A stretch of DNA of 64,000 nucleotides from NCBI RefSeq assembly GCF_009914755.1, contig NC_060937.1. One strand, written 5' to 3'. This document shows, in pieces, positions 1 to 13,780 of the stretch. How positions within the stretch are numbered: position 1 is the stretch's first letter; each line of letters opens with the position of its first letter. The notes under the pieces were generated by a model. That model ran no database searches and was not told where the DNA came from. It saw only the letters and a program-made list of their open reading frames with translations. The position numbers and the translations under genes were made by a program. This stretch comes from the human T2T-CHM13v2.0 reference genome, Homo sapiens.

Positions 1-30
1 TTTTTCTCCCAAAGGTCCTGTGCCTATAAC
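1..30 (-). CDS. COL4A1: COL4A1 exon 19 (first 30 nt, runs off the window), VIGTGPLGEK
   Basis: Acceptor CCTTTTCCTTCTCGATTCAG ending at position 31; continues the frame from exon 18. Confidence 0.95.
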
Positions 31-210
31 CTGAATCGAGAAGGAAAAGGTGATCATCCCGTGGCATGGGAATGGCTAGTCCTGTATAGTAAAGCAGTAT
101 GAGTGAAGAAATGTACATATTTGTTTTTATTTCAAGAAATATGAAAGTGAAGTAGCAGCAATGGTAGCGGACAAGGAGGAAGGGGATAAGCCTCTAAAAC
201 ATATGGGACA

Positions 211-717
<507 letters not shown>

Positions 718-944
718 TTACAACGTATTATGAGAGGAACACTCTTAAAAAAAAAAAAAAAAAAAGTAGGCGCTTCCTTAAGGTCGCAAGACAAGAAGAG
801 GCACTTTCGGCTCCTTAACAAGGAGAAAATTCACTGGCCCTGATTCTAAATTAATGGAATTCAAGACAAGCGGCAAAGTCAACTTTTGCATATTACCTTT
901 GAACTATAATTCCTTTGTATCAATTAATAGATATTATTAAAATG

Positions 945-1045
945 TGCCAATGTTAAATAGCTTGACTTAGTCATCCCACAAGTTATATATATAAAACATC
1001 ATGATGTATACCATAAATATATACAATTTTTGTCAGTTAAAAAAT
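945..1045 (+). mobile_element. Old L1 (L1MA/MB-like) 3' end fragment
   Basis: tagcttgacttagtcatcccaca...aaacatcatgatgtataccataaatatatacaattttt resembles an L1M 3' UTR terminus. Confidence 0.6.
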
Positions 1046-1437
1046 GAAAGTAAAACCCTTCAATGTAAATCTATAAATAAAATGGGCTGTGTGAACGCAT
1101 TACCTGTGGCACTGCAAGGAAGGCAGCAAAGGAGAGAACGGTAACATTTTCATTATTTCAAAAAAGTCTGGGGGCAAAATGGCTAAAAAAATTAAAGCAC
1201 AACTCTCTGATAGGACACTGAAAATGATCACCATGAAGATATGTGCAAACATGATAATGCCCATTTTTAAATGTCACACACATCACTGACAAGTATGCAA
1301 AATATGTATGTTGACCAGTAGTAAAATGTTATTTGCAAAAATAAAAATTGTTTTACCAGGATAGTTAAATTACAGATGACCTGTTTCTCTTACAAAAATT
1401 TTCCTCAATGGACCACGTTTTTTTAAAAAAGGTGTCA

Positions 1438-1776
<339 letters not shown>

Positions 1777-1938
1777 TCATTTTCAGTGATTTAAAGATGT
1801 GCAGAAATTATCAAAATATAATAAAAATAATAAACACTAAACTCCGTACAACAAATTAGAAAATCATTTCAAGTAGCATGAACCACTTTACATAACAAAT
1901 GCAATTCTAGAGACAGCTGTGGGTGTGTGCCCTGCATC

Positions 1939-2056
1939 TCCTCTCCTTCCTCTCCCAGCGCTCTCACAGACCCAGGGTCCTCTCCTTCCTCCCCCCAGTG
2001 CTCTCACAGACCCAGGGTCCTCTCCTTCCTCCCCCAGCGCTCTCACAGACCCAGGG
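1939..2056. repeat. Minisatellite, 3 copies of a 39-40 bp unit
   Basis: Unit tcctctccttcctc(c/t)cccag(c/t)gctctcacagacccaggg at 1939, 1978 and 2018. Confidence 0.95.
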
Positions 2057-2073
2057 ACAGCACTCTTACTCAC

Positions 2074-2115
2074 AATTCCAGGTGGGCCAGGAGGACCTGC
2101 TTCACCCTTTTCTCC
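2074..2115 (-). CDS. COL4A1: COL4A1 exon 18 (42 nt), [14 protein letters not shown]
   Basis: TTTTTCTTTTGTAG acceptor, ATT|GTGAGT donor. Confidence 0.97.
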
Positions 2116-3862
2116 CTACAAAAGAAAAAATAACTTTCCTTGCATATTCTTACTATAAAGATTGTCTTGCAGAAAGCAGATTAAACATTTCTTCTGGTAA
2201 AATAGAGTGTGCCTACAGTAAATTAAAACTATTTTTCTCTCTTTAGTATCTCTCATTCTGTGACGATTACAACAAAAATGAATAGATTTCATTTTGCTTT
2301 GCACACGCATGACCCATGAAAATAAAGATCTCTGCAAAATGTAAGTTGGGGGCTAATTATTCTCCTTACAAAAGCCCAGATACTTGTCCCATCAACTGCA
2401 CACTTCCTCGGAAAACAGAATCATTGATGAGTGGAACTGGCAACCAGGGTTTTTCAATTTTAAAAAGAGAAATGAAATAAAATAATATAAAAGCATGATT
2501 TCCAAATACATTTTCTTAAATAAATCATTTTATATGATGTTTTTAGGTGAAGATTTTCTCAAATTTGCATTGGAGGTCATAATGTAAAATCTAATATTAA
2601 CTGAAAACATTAGTGGATAAATTCTGATCACTTTAAGGTTTAATCTCATCCATAGTAGATGAAAAACTCAAAGAAATTAACCCTTTCATATCAAATATTT
2701 TTATATAAACATCATCGTAATGATTTAAACAGTCCAAAGATATGTACATTTTACCACGAATGTATATATTTTCCTTTTAAATTAAGGCAGTAAACAAGAA
2801 TTGAATGTTTTGATTTTTCTTATATAAATACCAGAAGATTTTAGAAATATCTAGAGGACATAAATATCTTAGCCACTATATTCTAAATATATCTACCATT
2901 TAAAATGTACAGGATTTTACTTCCTCAAAAAATTACAGCCAAGGGTTTCTTCCTTTTGTCCCTGGCTTTAATAAATTAACCGTAGGCTACTGAGGCCCTC
3001 CCCGCAGCTTTCCATTCGCCTTTGGTGATGACTATTCCAAAATTATCTCTTATATTAGTAAAGACTTACATTACCTAGTCTCATATTAAGAGAGAAAAAT
3101 AAAGCAATAATGAGGTTTTTTTTTTCTGCCTGTCAGATTGACAAATATTTTTTAGATTTTTTTTTTTTTTTTTAGTTAGTTCCCCAACTAAAAGGGCCCT
3201 GGTCTGGCAGAAGGACTTTCTGGGGCAATTTGGTTGCATGTGGCAAAAATTTCAAAACAAGTGTCTGACTGTGGACCCCAATATTACGCTTTTAGGAATT
3301 TGACAGAGAAATGACCAGACAAGTGAGCAAAAATACTTGTAAGCATACAAATTTGGAAATGGCCTAAATACCACGCAACAAAAGGCATGGATGTTCACAT
3401 CATAATTACACTGACGGCCATTGAAATAGATCCTCCTTCTATCATTACGTGAAAAAGCAAGATGTCTTGTTCACTATCACCTTTAAAAACTGCCTGCTTG
3501 TGTATGCACATAGGAACAAGGCGAACTCTGGCCACTTCTGAACAGGTAACAGAAAAAATTAGGTAAGCTTTCTTTACCTCGTGATATCTTTCTGTATTTT
3601 CTATTGCTTTATGATCAGGAAAAAAATAATCTACTACCAAAAAAAGATATAAAAATTTGAATGAGTGGCACATTTCATATATTTTTATTTTGTAAAAAAT
3701 CATGAACATAAAGGAAACCACTAAATTGTGTTTTTACCCAGAAGAAGCATAAATGATTTTTTTCCCTTGAGTACAGAGTCCTTTATTCTAGGAAAGAATA
3801 AACAGACTTCTGGGTTGAATTGGAAAGTGAAGATAAAGGCTCACAATAGTGCCAGCGTTTAC

Positions 3863-3916
3863 CTGCGGGCCCTGGCGGCCTATGAGTCCTGGGTACCCGG
3901 GTTCACCAGGAAAACC
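3863..3916 (-). CDS. COL4A1: COL4A1 exon 17 (54 nt), GFPGEPGYPGLIGRQGPQ
   Basis: CAG acceptor, CAG|GTAAAC donor; 87-nt intron 16. Confidence 0.97.
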
Positions 3917-4003
3917 CTGAAACCGAAGAGAGAAGCAGTAACCGTCAGAGGCCAGTGGTAGGAACAGTGAGCCTGCTTGTAAAAATCACAGAGAAACACT
4001 TAC

Positions 4004-4048
4004 GGGACTCCCTTTTTCCCCTTTGTCACCATCTTTTCCGGGTTTGCC
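4004..4048 (-). CDS. COL4A1: COL4A1 exon 16 (45 nt), GKPGKDGDKGEKGSP
   Basis: CAG acceptor, CCC|GTAAGT donor. Confidence 0.97.
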
Positions 4049-4069
4049 CTGTAGAATGAAGATGTAAAC

Positions 4070-4076
4070 GTTAGTA
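4070..4076 (-). other. Perfect TACTAAC branch-point motif of intron 15
   Basis: Plus-strand gttagta = TACTAAC; branch A at 4071, 23 nt upstream of exon 16. Confidence 0.8.
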
Positions 4077-4080
4077 TTTA

Positions 4081-4548
<468 letters not shown>

Positions 4549-5174
4549 TTACAATATAAGAGAACTCCATTTTTAAAGAGCAGAGTCCGATGAGCTACAA
4601 GTCTTCTAAAATATGATTGTATCTTGGTAGCAAAGCTAACATTAGAGAAGTTTGCCTATTGGCAGCTGAGTATTTGCAAGCTTATGCAAATGCTTCATTT
4701 AATGCAGGTTTCTGCATGCTCCTTCCAGGTAGAAACCAGAACCATCCCAGCTGACTGGCAGTGGGGTGGGTCTCACGCCACCACCATCCCTAAAGTGAAA
4801 AGCAACTCAGCCTCTCAGGCTTGTGGCTGTGCAAACGCTGTCTGGTGTTCTGGGTGGCAAAGTCCAACCAACCTGCTGCTCTCAGAGCAGGACCGAAGGT
4901 TTCAGGGATGGCCCAGGGCTCTTCAGAAGCCTCTTTGAACAGCCGGCGGTGGCACCTTCAGTGCTGGATCCTTAAACAGGGAAGGACCTCGCCTGCCTGG
5001 GAAGCCTTGCAACTGATATAGCTCAGGAGAGTCTCGGAAAAGCCCTTCGGGGCATGAAAGGGATAAACTAGAAGTCCCTACGAGCCTTTTCTGTTCTTGT
5101 GTTTCTGTGAATCTGCGATTTTCCGCATGGAAGGAGAATTGTTTTATGATAAAAGGACTTTGGAAAGCACTTAC

Positions 5175-5225
5175 TCTGGGTCCTGGTTTTCCGGGTTCAC
5201 CTTTCTCTCCGACCCCTGGCATCCC
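5175..5225 (-). CDS. COL4A1: COL4A1 exon 15 (51 nt), GMPGVGEKGEPGKPGPR
   Basis: Uncommon AAG acceptor (TTTTTATTCCTTTAAG), AGA|GTAAGT donor. Confidence 0.96.
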
Positions 5226-5374
5226 CTTAAAGGAATAAAAAGACAAAGAGATTTATTCGTCTATTTAAGCAAAATTTAAATTAGATAGATATTAAACTTA
5301 AGGTGAAAAAAACTTGAAACTTAAATCTTTATGGTCTTTGACCTAAAAATGATAGGCAGAAACTGAGTACTGAC

Positions 5375-5401
5375 CTGAAATCCAGGTTCACCTTTTTGGC
5401 C
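5375..5401 (-). CDS. COL4A1: COL4A1 exon 14 (27 nt), GQKGEPGFQ
   Basis: TTCTTTCAG acceptor, CAG|GTCAGT donor. Confidence 0.95.
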
Positions 5402-5909
5402 CTGAAAGAATTCGAGAGACAGATCAGCACTATCAAACAGCTGTATCATTTGTTATATGCTGCATTAAACACACAGCAGAAAAAAAAAAAACCTTTTTCT
5501 GATATATTAACAAAGAAATTCATGTTGATCTCCAGCACTCACTTGACATTGACTGGTATAAATGTAAGCAGGGCAGGGTTTATCATGCTTGACCCATGAT
5601 GACTGGCCCTGCCCCCCTCCTGCCCCCCAGCCCAGCTCCCTCCTCCTGACCAAGCCATCTCCAACTTGGGGCACATTTAAGAAGCCCTGATCCAGCCGGG
5701 TGAGCCTCAGATCAGGCTTGGACCAATCCAGTTCCAGCTGTCTCTGCTCTCAAAGGGGCTCGTATTTTATGGACTGAACAGTCTATAAATCTGTTTTCCA
5801 GACCAGGATTGAATGTAGCTGGAAAAACTGAGTTTTGACCCATTTTCTCTTTGTCTTTTGGAATTTGTCCAAAATTAGAAAATCAGTATTCACTGATGAA
5901 GCCCATTCA

Positions 5910-6041
<132 letters not shown>

Positions 6042-6818
6042 TTATGCAGACATGAAAAATTGCAGAGAGAGGTAAAAGCCTAAAATAAAACACCTATTTT
6101 TAAAATGTAATTATACTCTATTCTGTTCTAATCATCCTTGCCTCTGCAGAAAATCAAATTTCAATAGGAAGATGATACAACAAGTATCTAAACCCAGGAG
6201 GAGAATTTCACTTCTTCTATGGGTGGCCACTAGCTCAGGAATAACCATGGAATCTGAACACCTGCAAGACACCTCCGGACTTGCGTGCCCCTGTATAGTG
6301 TATACTGGCTTCTGATGGCACGGAGGAAAGGAATACAAACTACCTAATAGAGCTTGAGAAAAAAGAAGGCATTTTAGGTAACCCCAGAATAAGACAACCA
6401 TCAAGAGTCTCCCTCCTCGGGCATCCTAACTGCCGGGTACGCCTAAAAATTACAACTGCATACATTTCAGAGTCACTATATTTCAAAGTTTATGAAAAGA
6501 CTGGGCCAAAATCTTGGGTGGCAAGCAGAGGCCACCTGCACATCCAGATCCATCCAGGCCCCACTGTATTGGGCGCTCTGGTTGTAATTGCCTCCACCAG
6601 CTTGGATGTCAGAGGAGAATCTGGCCTTCCACAGGCTGGCTACAGCAATGGCAGGCATCCCTTCTTAGCCAGTGCCTGCTTCATTGGTCTGATCCAGGGA
6701 AACTCCTGGAGAGGATCAGGGACCCACCACTTGCCTCCTCTCTGCAGGATGAAGCCACCTGCTGTGTGGTCTGTGCCCTCCCGGCTCCACACTGCATCTC
6801 CTCCCACACCCACTTGGT

Positions 6819-6987
6819 CCTGGACCTGCCCACCTCTGAGAAGAGAGGCCGGTGGTGCGGGGCCACTGCCAACCGTGCTAGTCCTAATTCTCCTGGTGGT
6901 GGCCCTGGACATGCCCGCCTCTGAGAAGAGAGGCCGGTGGTGAGGGGCCGCTGCCCACCGTGCTACTCCCAATTTCCTGGCGGTGGA
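6819..6987. repeat. Tandem duplication, 2 copies of ~85 bp
   Basis: cctggac.tgccc.cctctgagaagagaggccggtggtg.ggggcc.ctgcc.accgtgcta.tcc.aatt begins at 6819 and again at 6904. Confidence 0.92.
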
Positions 6988-7358
6988 CTCCCGCTCTGCA
7001 GGGCTTACAGGGTTACTCATCTAATGGTCAAGTCCTAAATTTGACTCATAAATCCTAGGTCTGACCTCATCACTGACGAAGAAGAGTTTGAACTCTTTGT
7101 ACAGATAATTGGAGTTAGTCTCGTTGTTCTCTGCTTGTCAGATCACAGAGCACTTCCATAAATTCTAGCGTACTGAATAAGCTAGAATAAATTCAATAAT
7201 GCTGGCATTTTAAGGAAAACACTAACTACCAAATGCAAGAACATGCAGAGAAGAGTAACTATACTTGTAAGAGTCCAGACATTGATCCAAAGGTGGGAAC
7301 TGTCAGGTGAGGACTGTGGTTTTCAACATGAAAGCACTCCAGAGCAATATGCACTCAC

Positions 7359-7400
7359 CTTGTCACCTTTTGGTCCTTGAAAACTTAAGCCCATTTGTCC
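7359..7400 (-). CDS. COL4A1: COL4A1 exon 12 (42 nt), GQMGLSFQGPKGDK
   Basis: CAG acceptor, AAG|GTGAGT donor. Confidence 0.97.
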
Positions 7401-7899
7401 CTGTGGATTAAAAATTAGGCTCTCATTATTAGATTTGTCTACTTCGTTCAAAGTCATTCTACAAACCTCACACAAAATGCAATAAGATGGTAGATTTCAG
7501 GCAATAGCTTTGTCCCATAACTCTCATAAAATTTTCTGGAAAGTAACGATCATGCTGAATTCAATGTCTATGAAAAAGTTTTTAAAGTATGACTGATCAA
7601 AAATTCCAAAGACCTTTTTAAAAATTTACAGTTTTTAAACTCTTGCATTAGAAAACTAAGGGAAATATCAGTGATTCCAAAGTATTGACTAAGGGATGGA
7701 TGAAAGAAAAGATCAATATATTGATAGATAATCAATAGATAATAAATGATATATGATAGATACTTAAAGGTATAGTTAGATATAGTGTTAATTTTCCAAC
7801 TTTTTTTTAGAGACTGAAAGAATAAGAAGAGTGAGCTATAGCAATTTCATGATAGCCTTATACTAATGCCAAAGAACAAAAAATGAAAAGAACTTTTAC

Positions 7900-7935
7900 C
7901 TTTTCACCTGGAGGGCCGGGAGGGCCTGGGGGACC
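7900..7935 (-). CDS. COL4A1: COL4A1 exon 11 (36 nt), GPPGPPGPPGEK
   Basis: CTCTCTCTCCCAG acceptor, AAG|GTAAAA donor. Confidence 0.96.
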
Positions 7936-8451
7936 CTGGGAGAGAGAGCATTTTAATTAAATAGGATTCAGAACTCTAGGGAGCTTTAAGCCCTTCTTCA
8001 GGCTGACGTTATCTTAAGATTCTCTGGTCAACATGATAATTTATTTGTGAAATATTTTTCCTGGGCTTCCCCTCCCTCCCCACTCCTAGCAGGTGCAGGA
8101 CCCTCAGGTGTGACCATACCAATACCAATCCATCTCCCCTGCTCCCTGGTGAAGTCACCTGGGGCACAGCCTGTCTGTCCATCTTTGAACTCACTCCCAC
8201 AGGCTGTGACTATCAGCAGTACCCCGCCAGCCCCTTCAACCATGACTGCATTATTTGTTTCAGGGTATCAGTTTATGGTACTATCATCATCCCTTTCCCA
8301 CAGCTCTGGGTATATGGGTACCGGGATGCCAGCCAAACGTTTAGTAAGAGGGAAGCTGATTCCGCCATGTCCAAATTAAGAGCGACCACAACTGTGTAAA
8401 GTTTTTACTAAATTATTATTTATTTTCAAACCTCAATATAGTTGTTTTTTA

Positions 8452-8550
<99 letters not shown>

Positions 8551-8624
8551 CTAGAATGCATGAGAAAGAAATGAGTTCAGATGCGAACTGGGAGGGTGAG
8601 GTGGCACATGTTCATAATGATTCA

Positions 8625-8720
<96 letters not shown>

Positions 8721-9127
8721 CTAGAGGATGAAGAAAGAAAATAGAAAGTTGCAAATATCGACATTCATGTAAAGAAGCTGAAAACTCTTTGATAGTTGGC
8801 ATATATTAGTGTTACAGGACTAGCCTAAGTCTGGGATTTAGACCCCGTCTACACTGGAAATCAATAGCCTGGCCATCTCTCCCATCATGATTGCCGTCTT
8901 AATGGCCAGCGTTAACCACTGCCTGGTCAACTGAGCCGCAGCCGGGACTGAATGTAGAGACGGCAAAGCAAAGGGGTCTGCCACACTGCCCGAGGACCAC
9001 CCCCAACTCTAGACAAGGGCCCTTGTCTCTGGTTGAAAGACTACTGCGTGACCACAGGCTCTCCTCACAAAACAAGAATTCTCTTTTGAGAAAAGGCTCA
9101 GGATGAATACTTTTATAAAAGCACGGC

Positions 9128-9545
9128 GTAATGGTAAATTTTATCTGCCAACTTGGCTAGGCCACATTATTGGGTTAAACACCAGACCAGATGTTTCTGT
9201 GAAGGGATTTTTAAAATGAGCTTAACACTTAAATCAGTAGACTCTGAATAAGGCAAATGGCCCTCCATAATGCTGGTGGGCCTCATCCCATCAGTTGAAG
9301 GTCTTACAGGATAAAAGACTGACCTCCCTGGAGGAAGAGGGAATTCTGCCCACACACCACCTTCAGACCCAAGACTACAACTCCACCCCTTCTCTGGTGT
9401 CTGGCCTGCCCACCTCACTCTGCAGGTTTTGAGTTTGCCGGCCCCCACAATCATGAGAACCAATGCTTTAGAAGCAGTTTCTCCTCTCTCTGGCCACACA
9501 CACACATGCTCCTGGTTCTGTGTCTCTGGAGCATGCTAACACACA
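9128..9545 (+). mobile_element. ERVL LTR, MLT2 family (MLT2C/D-like)
   Basis: gtaatggtaaattttatctgccaacttggctaggcc...tgggcctcatcccatcagttgaagg...ggttctgtgtctctggag matches the remembered MLT2 layout. Confidence 0.8.
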
Positions 9546-10154
9546 GGGCTATTATGAGGATCTATTTCCTACGTGTTCTGAATCACAGGAGCGAGCACAG
9601 GGACTCTCACCTTCATCCAGGTAAGCAGTTATCTCTACTGCAGCTGCTGAGACCTGTAAGCCTCCCTTTGACAAGGCTGATCCCAACATCCAGATGCCCG
9701 AGGTCCCCGCCCTGTGCCCAAGCACAGCCGACACATTACATGACTGCACAGTCTGAGGTCGGGCTGATGCCAGCAGCCGAGCCCCAAGACATCAACACCC
9801 CGCCTGGGAAAAGCTGCCCCAGGTTCCCTCCTGGGAAGTCTGAGAGGCACCCAGGGAGCCCCATTCTCCCATCTGCCTCCCCAGTTTGGGTGAAGTGAGC
9901 CTTCGCCACCACACCAGGCCTCCTTCCGCTGCTTATTCCCCATTAAGAAGCTGTGCCAAGTGTCTGAACGTTAGAGTCTGAGATCTGAGTTTGTGGGTTA
10001 CTTGTACAGTCTTTTCATGTAACAGAGTTTAGGGAAGTGTGTTCAGAAACAATCGATCAGCCAAAGTGGTTTAAAGAGAATGTGCTTCTATGGCACTTGT
10101 TGTAAACAGATTCCCTGTAATGAATCCAATAAAGCAAAATAAAATAAAATGTAC

Positions 10155-10181
10155 CTTCATCCCTGGTAAGCCTGGTGGTCC
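10155..10181 (-). CDS. COL4A1: COL4A1 exon 8 (27 nt), GPPGLPGMK
   Basis: TTTCTTTTTTAG acceptor, AAG|GTACAT donor. Confidence 0.95.
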
Positions 10182-10376
10182 CTAAAAAAGAAAGTTTTGG
10201 TGTTAGTTTTGTTTTTCTCAAAATATCATTAGCATTAAAATTGTTATCATGTAATATTATATATAAAATATAAGTTATTAAAACATAAGCAAAGAAAGAA
10301 AGAAAAGGAAATGGAATGAAAAGAGAGAAGTCATAACTAAAAGAAAGAAGTTCTGCCCTAAATAACCTCTACTCAC

Positions 10377-10430
10377 GGGATTTCCTGCGAAACCAGGCAA
10401 GCCAGGAGGCCCGAGCGGCCCTCTCTCCCC
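10377..10430 (-). CDS. COL4A1: COL4A1 exon 7 (54 nt), GERGPLGPPGLPGFAGNP
   Basis: CAG acceptor, CCC|GTGAGT donor. Confidence 0.97.
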
Positions 10431-10882
10431 CTGGGGAGACAGCAGAGCATCATTCATACGCACTGTGTGTGGCAGACACATCAGCCCTGACATCGCATGC
10501 ATCACTCTGCCCTACCCTTCATTTGTTGGTTAAAATCATTTCCTAAAAACAGTTTGCCACAAGCTGTGCTACTGGGTACCACTTTATGAAAGAAGAAATA
10601 GACTTGATAGTATCATTAATAGGGACAAAGGCCCATAATGGCATTTTCTTACGTGATGTAGTAAATGATTATAGGTAATAACTTTCGTGCTTAAATGCAA
10701 TTTTAGGATAAAAGTCTACAAAAAAGAAAGGAACAATTATATCTTTCTGGTACACTAAATATGGGAAAACTGTATTTCCTTACTAAATAAAGCAAACTTT
10801 AAGACAAGCAACTTTCCAATTGTGGCAAATAAAACTCTATTAACAGAATCACACTACCTGACTCCTTAATATGCAAAAATTA

Positions 10883-11071
<189 letters not shown>

Positions 11072-11081
11072 CTATACATAC

Positions 11082-11126
11082 GGGAAGTCCTGGGTTTCCA
11101 GGGTAGCCAGATGCTCCCGGAGGTCC
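11082..11126 (-). CDS. COL4A1: COL4A1 exon 5 (45 nt), GPPGASGYPGNPGLP
   Basis: CAG acceptor, CCC|GTATGT donor. Confidence 0.96.
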
Positions 11127-11344
11127 CTGTGAGGGCGGAAGTAAAAGCGTGTCAGTGAAGAGCCGGGAAGCCTCACTTCCTCCTCCTGCATCTCCCCGGT
11201 TAATGGAGTCATGCCCTCATTTTTGGTGTCAGAACACACACAAAGCAGACAGAGCACTCTGCACAAGAGGCAGCAGAGGGCACAGCCTAGGGCAGATGGC
11301 CCAGGCTTACAGGAGCAATGCTACACCCAAAGCACACTACTGCC

Positions 11345-11793
11345 ATTCGCCACTGCAAAGATATGGAACCAACCTAAGTACCTACCAACCAACGAGTGGA
11401 TAGAGAAAAGGTGGAATCCATGCACCATGGAACACTACTCAGCCACAACAAGGAACAAAATGATGTCTTTTGCAGCAACTTGAATGGAGCTAGAGGCCAT
11501 TATTCTAAGTGAAGTAACCCGGGAATGGGAAACCAAATACCGTATGTTCTCACGTATAAGTGGCGTCTAAGCTATGAGGATGTAAAGGCATAAGAGTGAT
11601 ACAATGGACTTCGGGACTCAGGTGGGGGGAAGGCTGGAAGGAGGTGAGGGATCAAAAACTATGTAACAGGTAGAGCGTACACTGCTTGGGTGACAGGTGC
11701 ACTAAAATCTCAGAAATCACCACGAAAGAACTTATACATGCAACCAAACACCACCTGTACCAAAAAAAATTGAAATAAAAAAAACAAAAAAAT
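11345..11793 (+). mobile_element. L1PB-like 3' end
   Basis: L1 ORF2 end and 3' UTR (atggagctagaggccattattctaagtgaagtaac...gcactaaaatctcagaaatcaccac) followed by an A-rich tail. Confidence 0.85.
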
Positions 11794-12261
11794 AAGTTTT
11801 TAAAAGCTGACTGCTGATCCCTTCAAACATAAGGCTGCCCATGCACAAAATAACTCTGCTCCCATTTCATCATTACTAAGAGGTGGAGAGGAGGAAGAGC
11901 AAGGCTGGCTCTGAAAATACCATGACTTTTCCATTAAATGAAGTCATCTCTGTCTAATGACTGTGGACACATCATCAATTGCCCCTTCCCCCAAATTAAA
12001 AAATGCCCAGAAGAGATTCCTGAAGAAGAACAAATGGGGGAAAGCAAGTTTGCAGAACCAAGGACTAAGGAGCTCAGCCTGTGCACAGTCCCCATGGGAA
12101 GGACTGGGGCTCAGGGAGTCACGGGCTGCTCCTCACTGCCTGCCTCGCGCCTGCCTGCCCGTGCTGTGTGAGCTGGGAGAGGAGATGGAGGACGAGGGCA
12201 AGGAGAAAGGAGGGAAAAGGTGCCCGGCTCTGGAAGCGGGCCTGTCCCACGCATGGAATCA

Positions 12262-12522
<261 letters not shown>

Positions 12523-12591
12523 CTACAGAAGAGGAACATCAGTCAGGCAAAAGGCAGCAGTAAAGAACAGAGGAAGGAATTGGTGACCAAC

Positions 12592-13342
12592 TGTGATGGC
12601 TATATATATATTTTTTTTGAGATGGAGTCTCATTCTGTTGCCCAGGCTGGAGTGCATGCACGATCTCGGCTCACTGCAAAGTCCACTGCCTGAGTCAAGG
12701 GATTCTCCTGCCTCAGCCTCCCGGGTAGCTGGGATTACAGGCGTGCGCCACCACGCTGGCTAATTTTTGTATTTTTAGTAGAGGCAGGGTTTCACCATGT
12801 TGGCCAGGCTGGTCTCGAACTTCTGATCTCAGGTGATCCACCCACCTCGGCCACCAAAAGTGCTGGGATTACAGGCATGGGCTACCACGCCTGGCCCGTG
12901 ATGCCTAATTTTAGGTGCCAAGTTGACTGGGTCACAGGATAATCAGAGAGCTGGTAAAGCATGACTTCTGGATGTGTTTTTGAGGGTGTGTTTCTGGAAG
13001 AGATGGGCATTTGAATACATGGACAGTAAGGAAGATCTGCCCTCACCCAGGGTGAGCAGGTGTCATTGTTAGTTGAGGCCCGGATAGAACAAAAAGGCAG
13101 AAGAGAGGCCAATTCTCTCTCTTCTGGAGCTGGGCACCCATCTTCTCCTGCCCTTGGACATCAGAACTCTGGGTTCTCTGGCCTTCAGATTCAGGGACTT
13201 GTACCACTAGCCCCTTGGGCTCTCCAGCCGCTGGCCTTGGACCCAGTTACACTTCAGGAGTCCTGAGTTCCCAGGCTTGCAGGCGGCAGATCATGGAACT
13301 CCTCAGCCTCTATAATCCTATGAGCCACTTCCCATAATAAAT
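12592..13342 (+). mobile_element. ERVL LTR, MLT2B-like (split by the Alu)
   Basis: tgtgatgg...aattttaggtgccaagttgactggg...ggaagatctgccctcaccc...cttggacatcagaactct...ataataaatct. Confidence 0.8.
12611..12896 (-). mobile_element. Alu (AluSx-like) inserted in the 5' end of an MLT2B LTR
   Basis: Antisense dimer; TSD gtgatggct / gtgatgcct. Confidence 0.93.
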
Positions 13343-13780
13343 CTAAGCAGCATCCAGCCTTGCGCAAGTCCACAGTGAGTGTCTGGAAACAGATGGCAAC
13401 GACTACTTCAGGTGGTTTTGCTCTACTGTGTTTTAAACTCTTGAGGGCAGGAAATATTTATATCTCATTCCTAGCACAATCCTTTATATGTACTTAATGC
13501 CAAATAATTTCTTGGGTAAATAGAGTAACAAATAGCGAGGTGTTTTTCACTGAACTGGTTATAATTTCGCTCAATCAATGGAACTCTCTTGTTAGCAACA
13601 GCCTCAGTGCTGAGATTCTGTGATGGAGCCTCCAAGACGTCTTCCTCTTTAGAGACCATTAGGAGATGTGGGTGGGCAGAGTCCACAGTGTGCACCTCAT
13701 GCAAGATGCTTAGCCTCCCTTGGGCCATCATGGGGTGATGGTGGGCTTTAATGAGAAATGTCTTTCAAGAGTATTTTTTG

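Noticed and set aside
6514-7020. Overlapping 126-141 aa ORFs on both strands
   Set aside because: GC-rich intron containing a tandem duplication; no recognisable domain.
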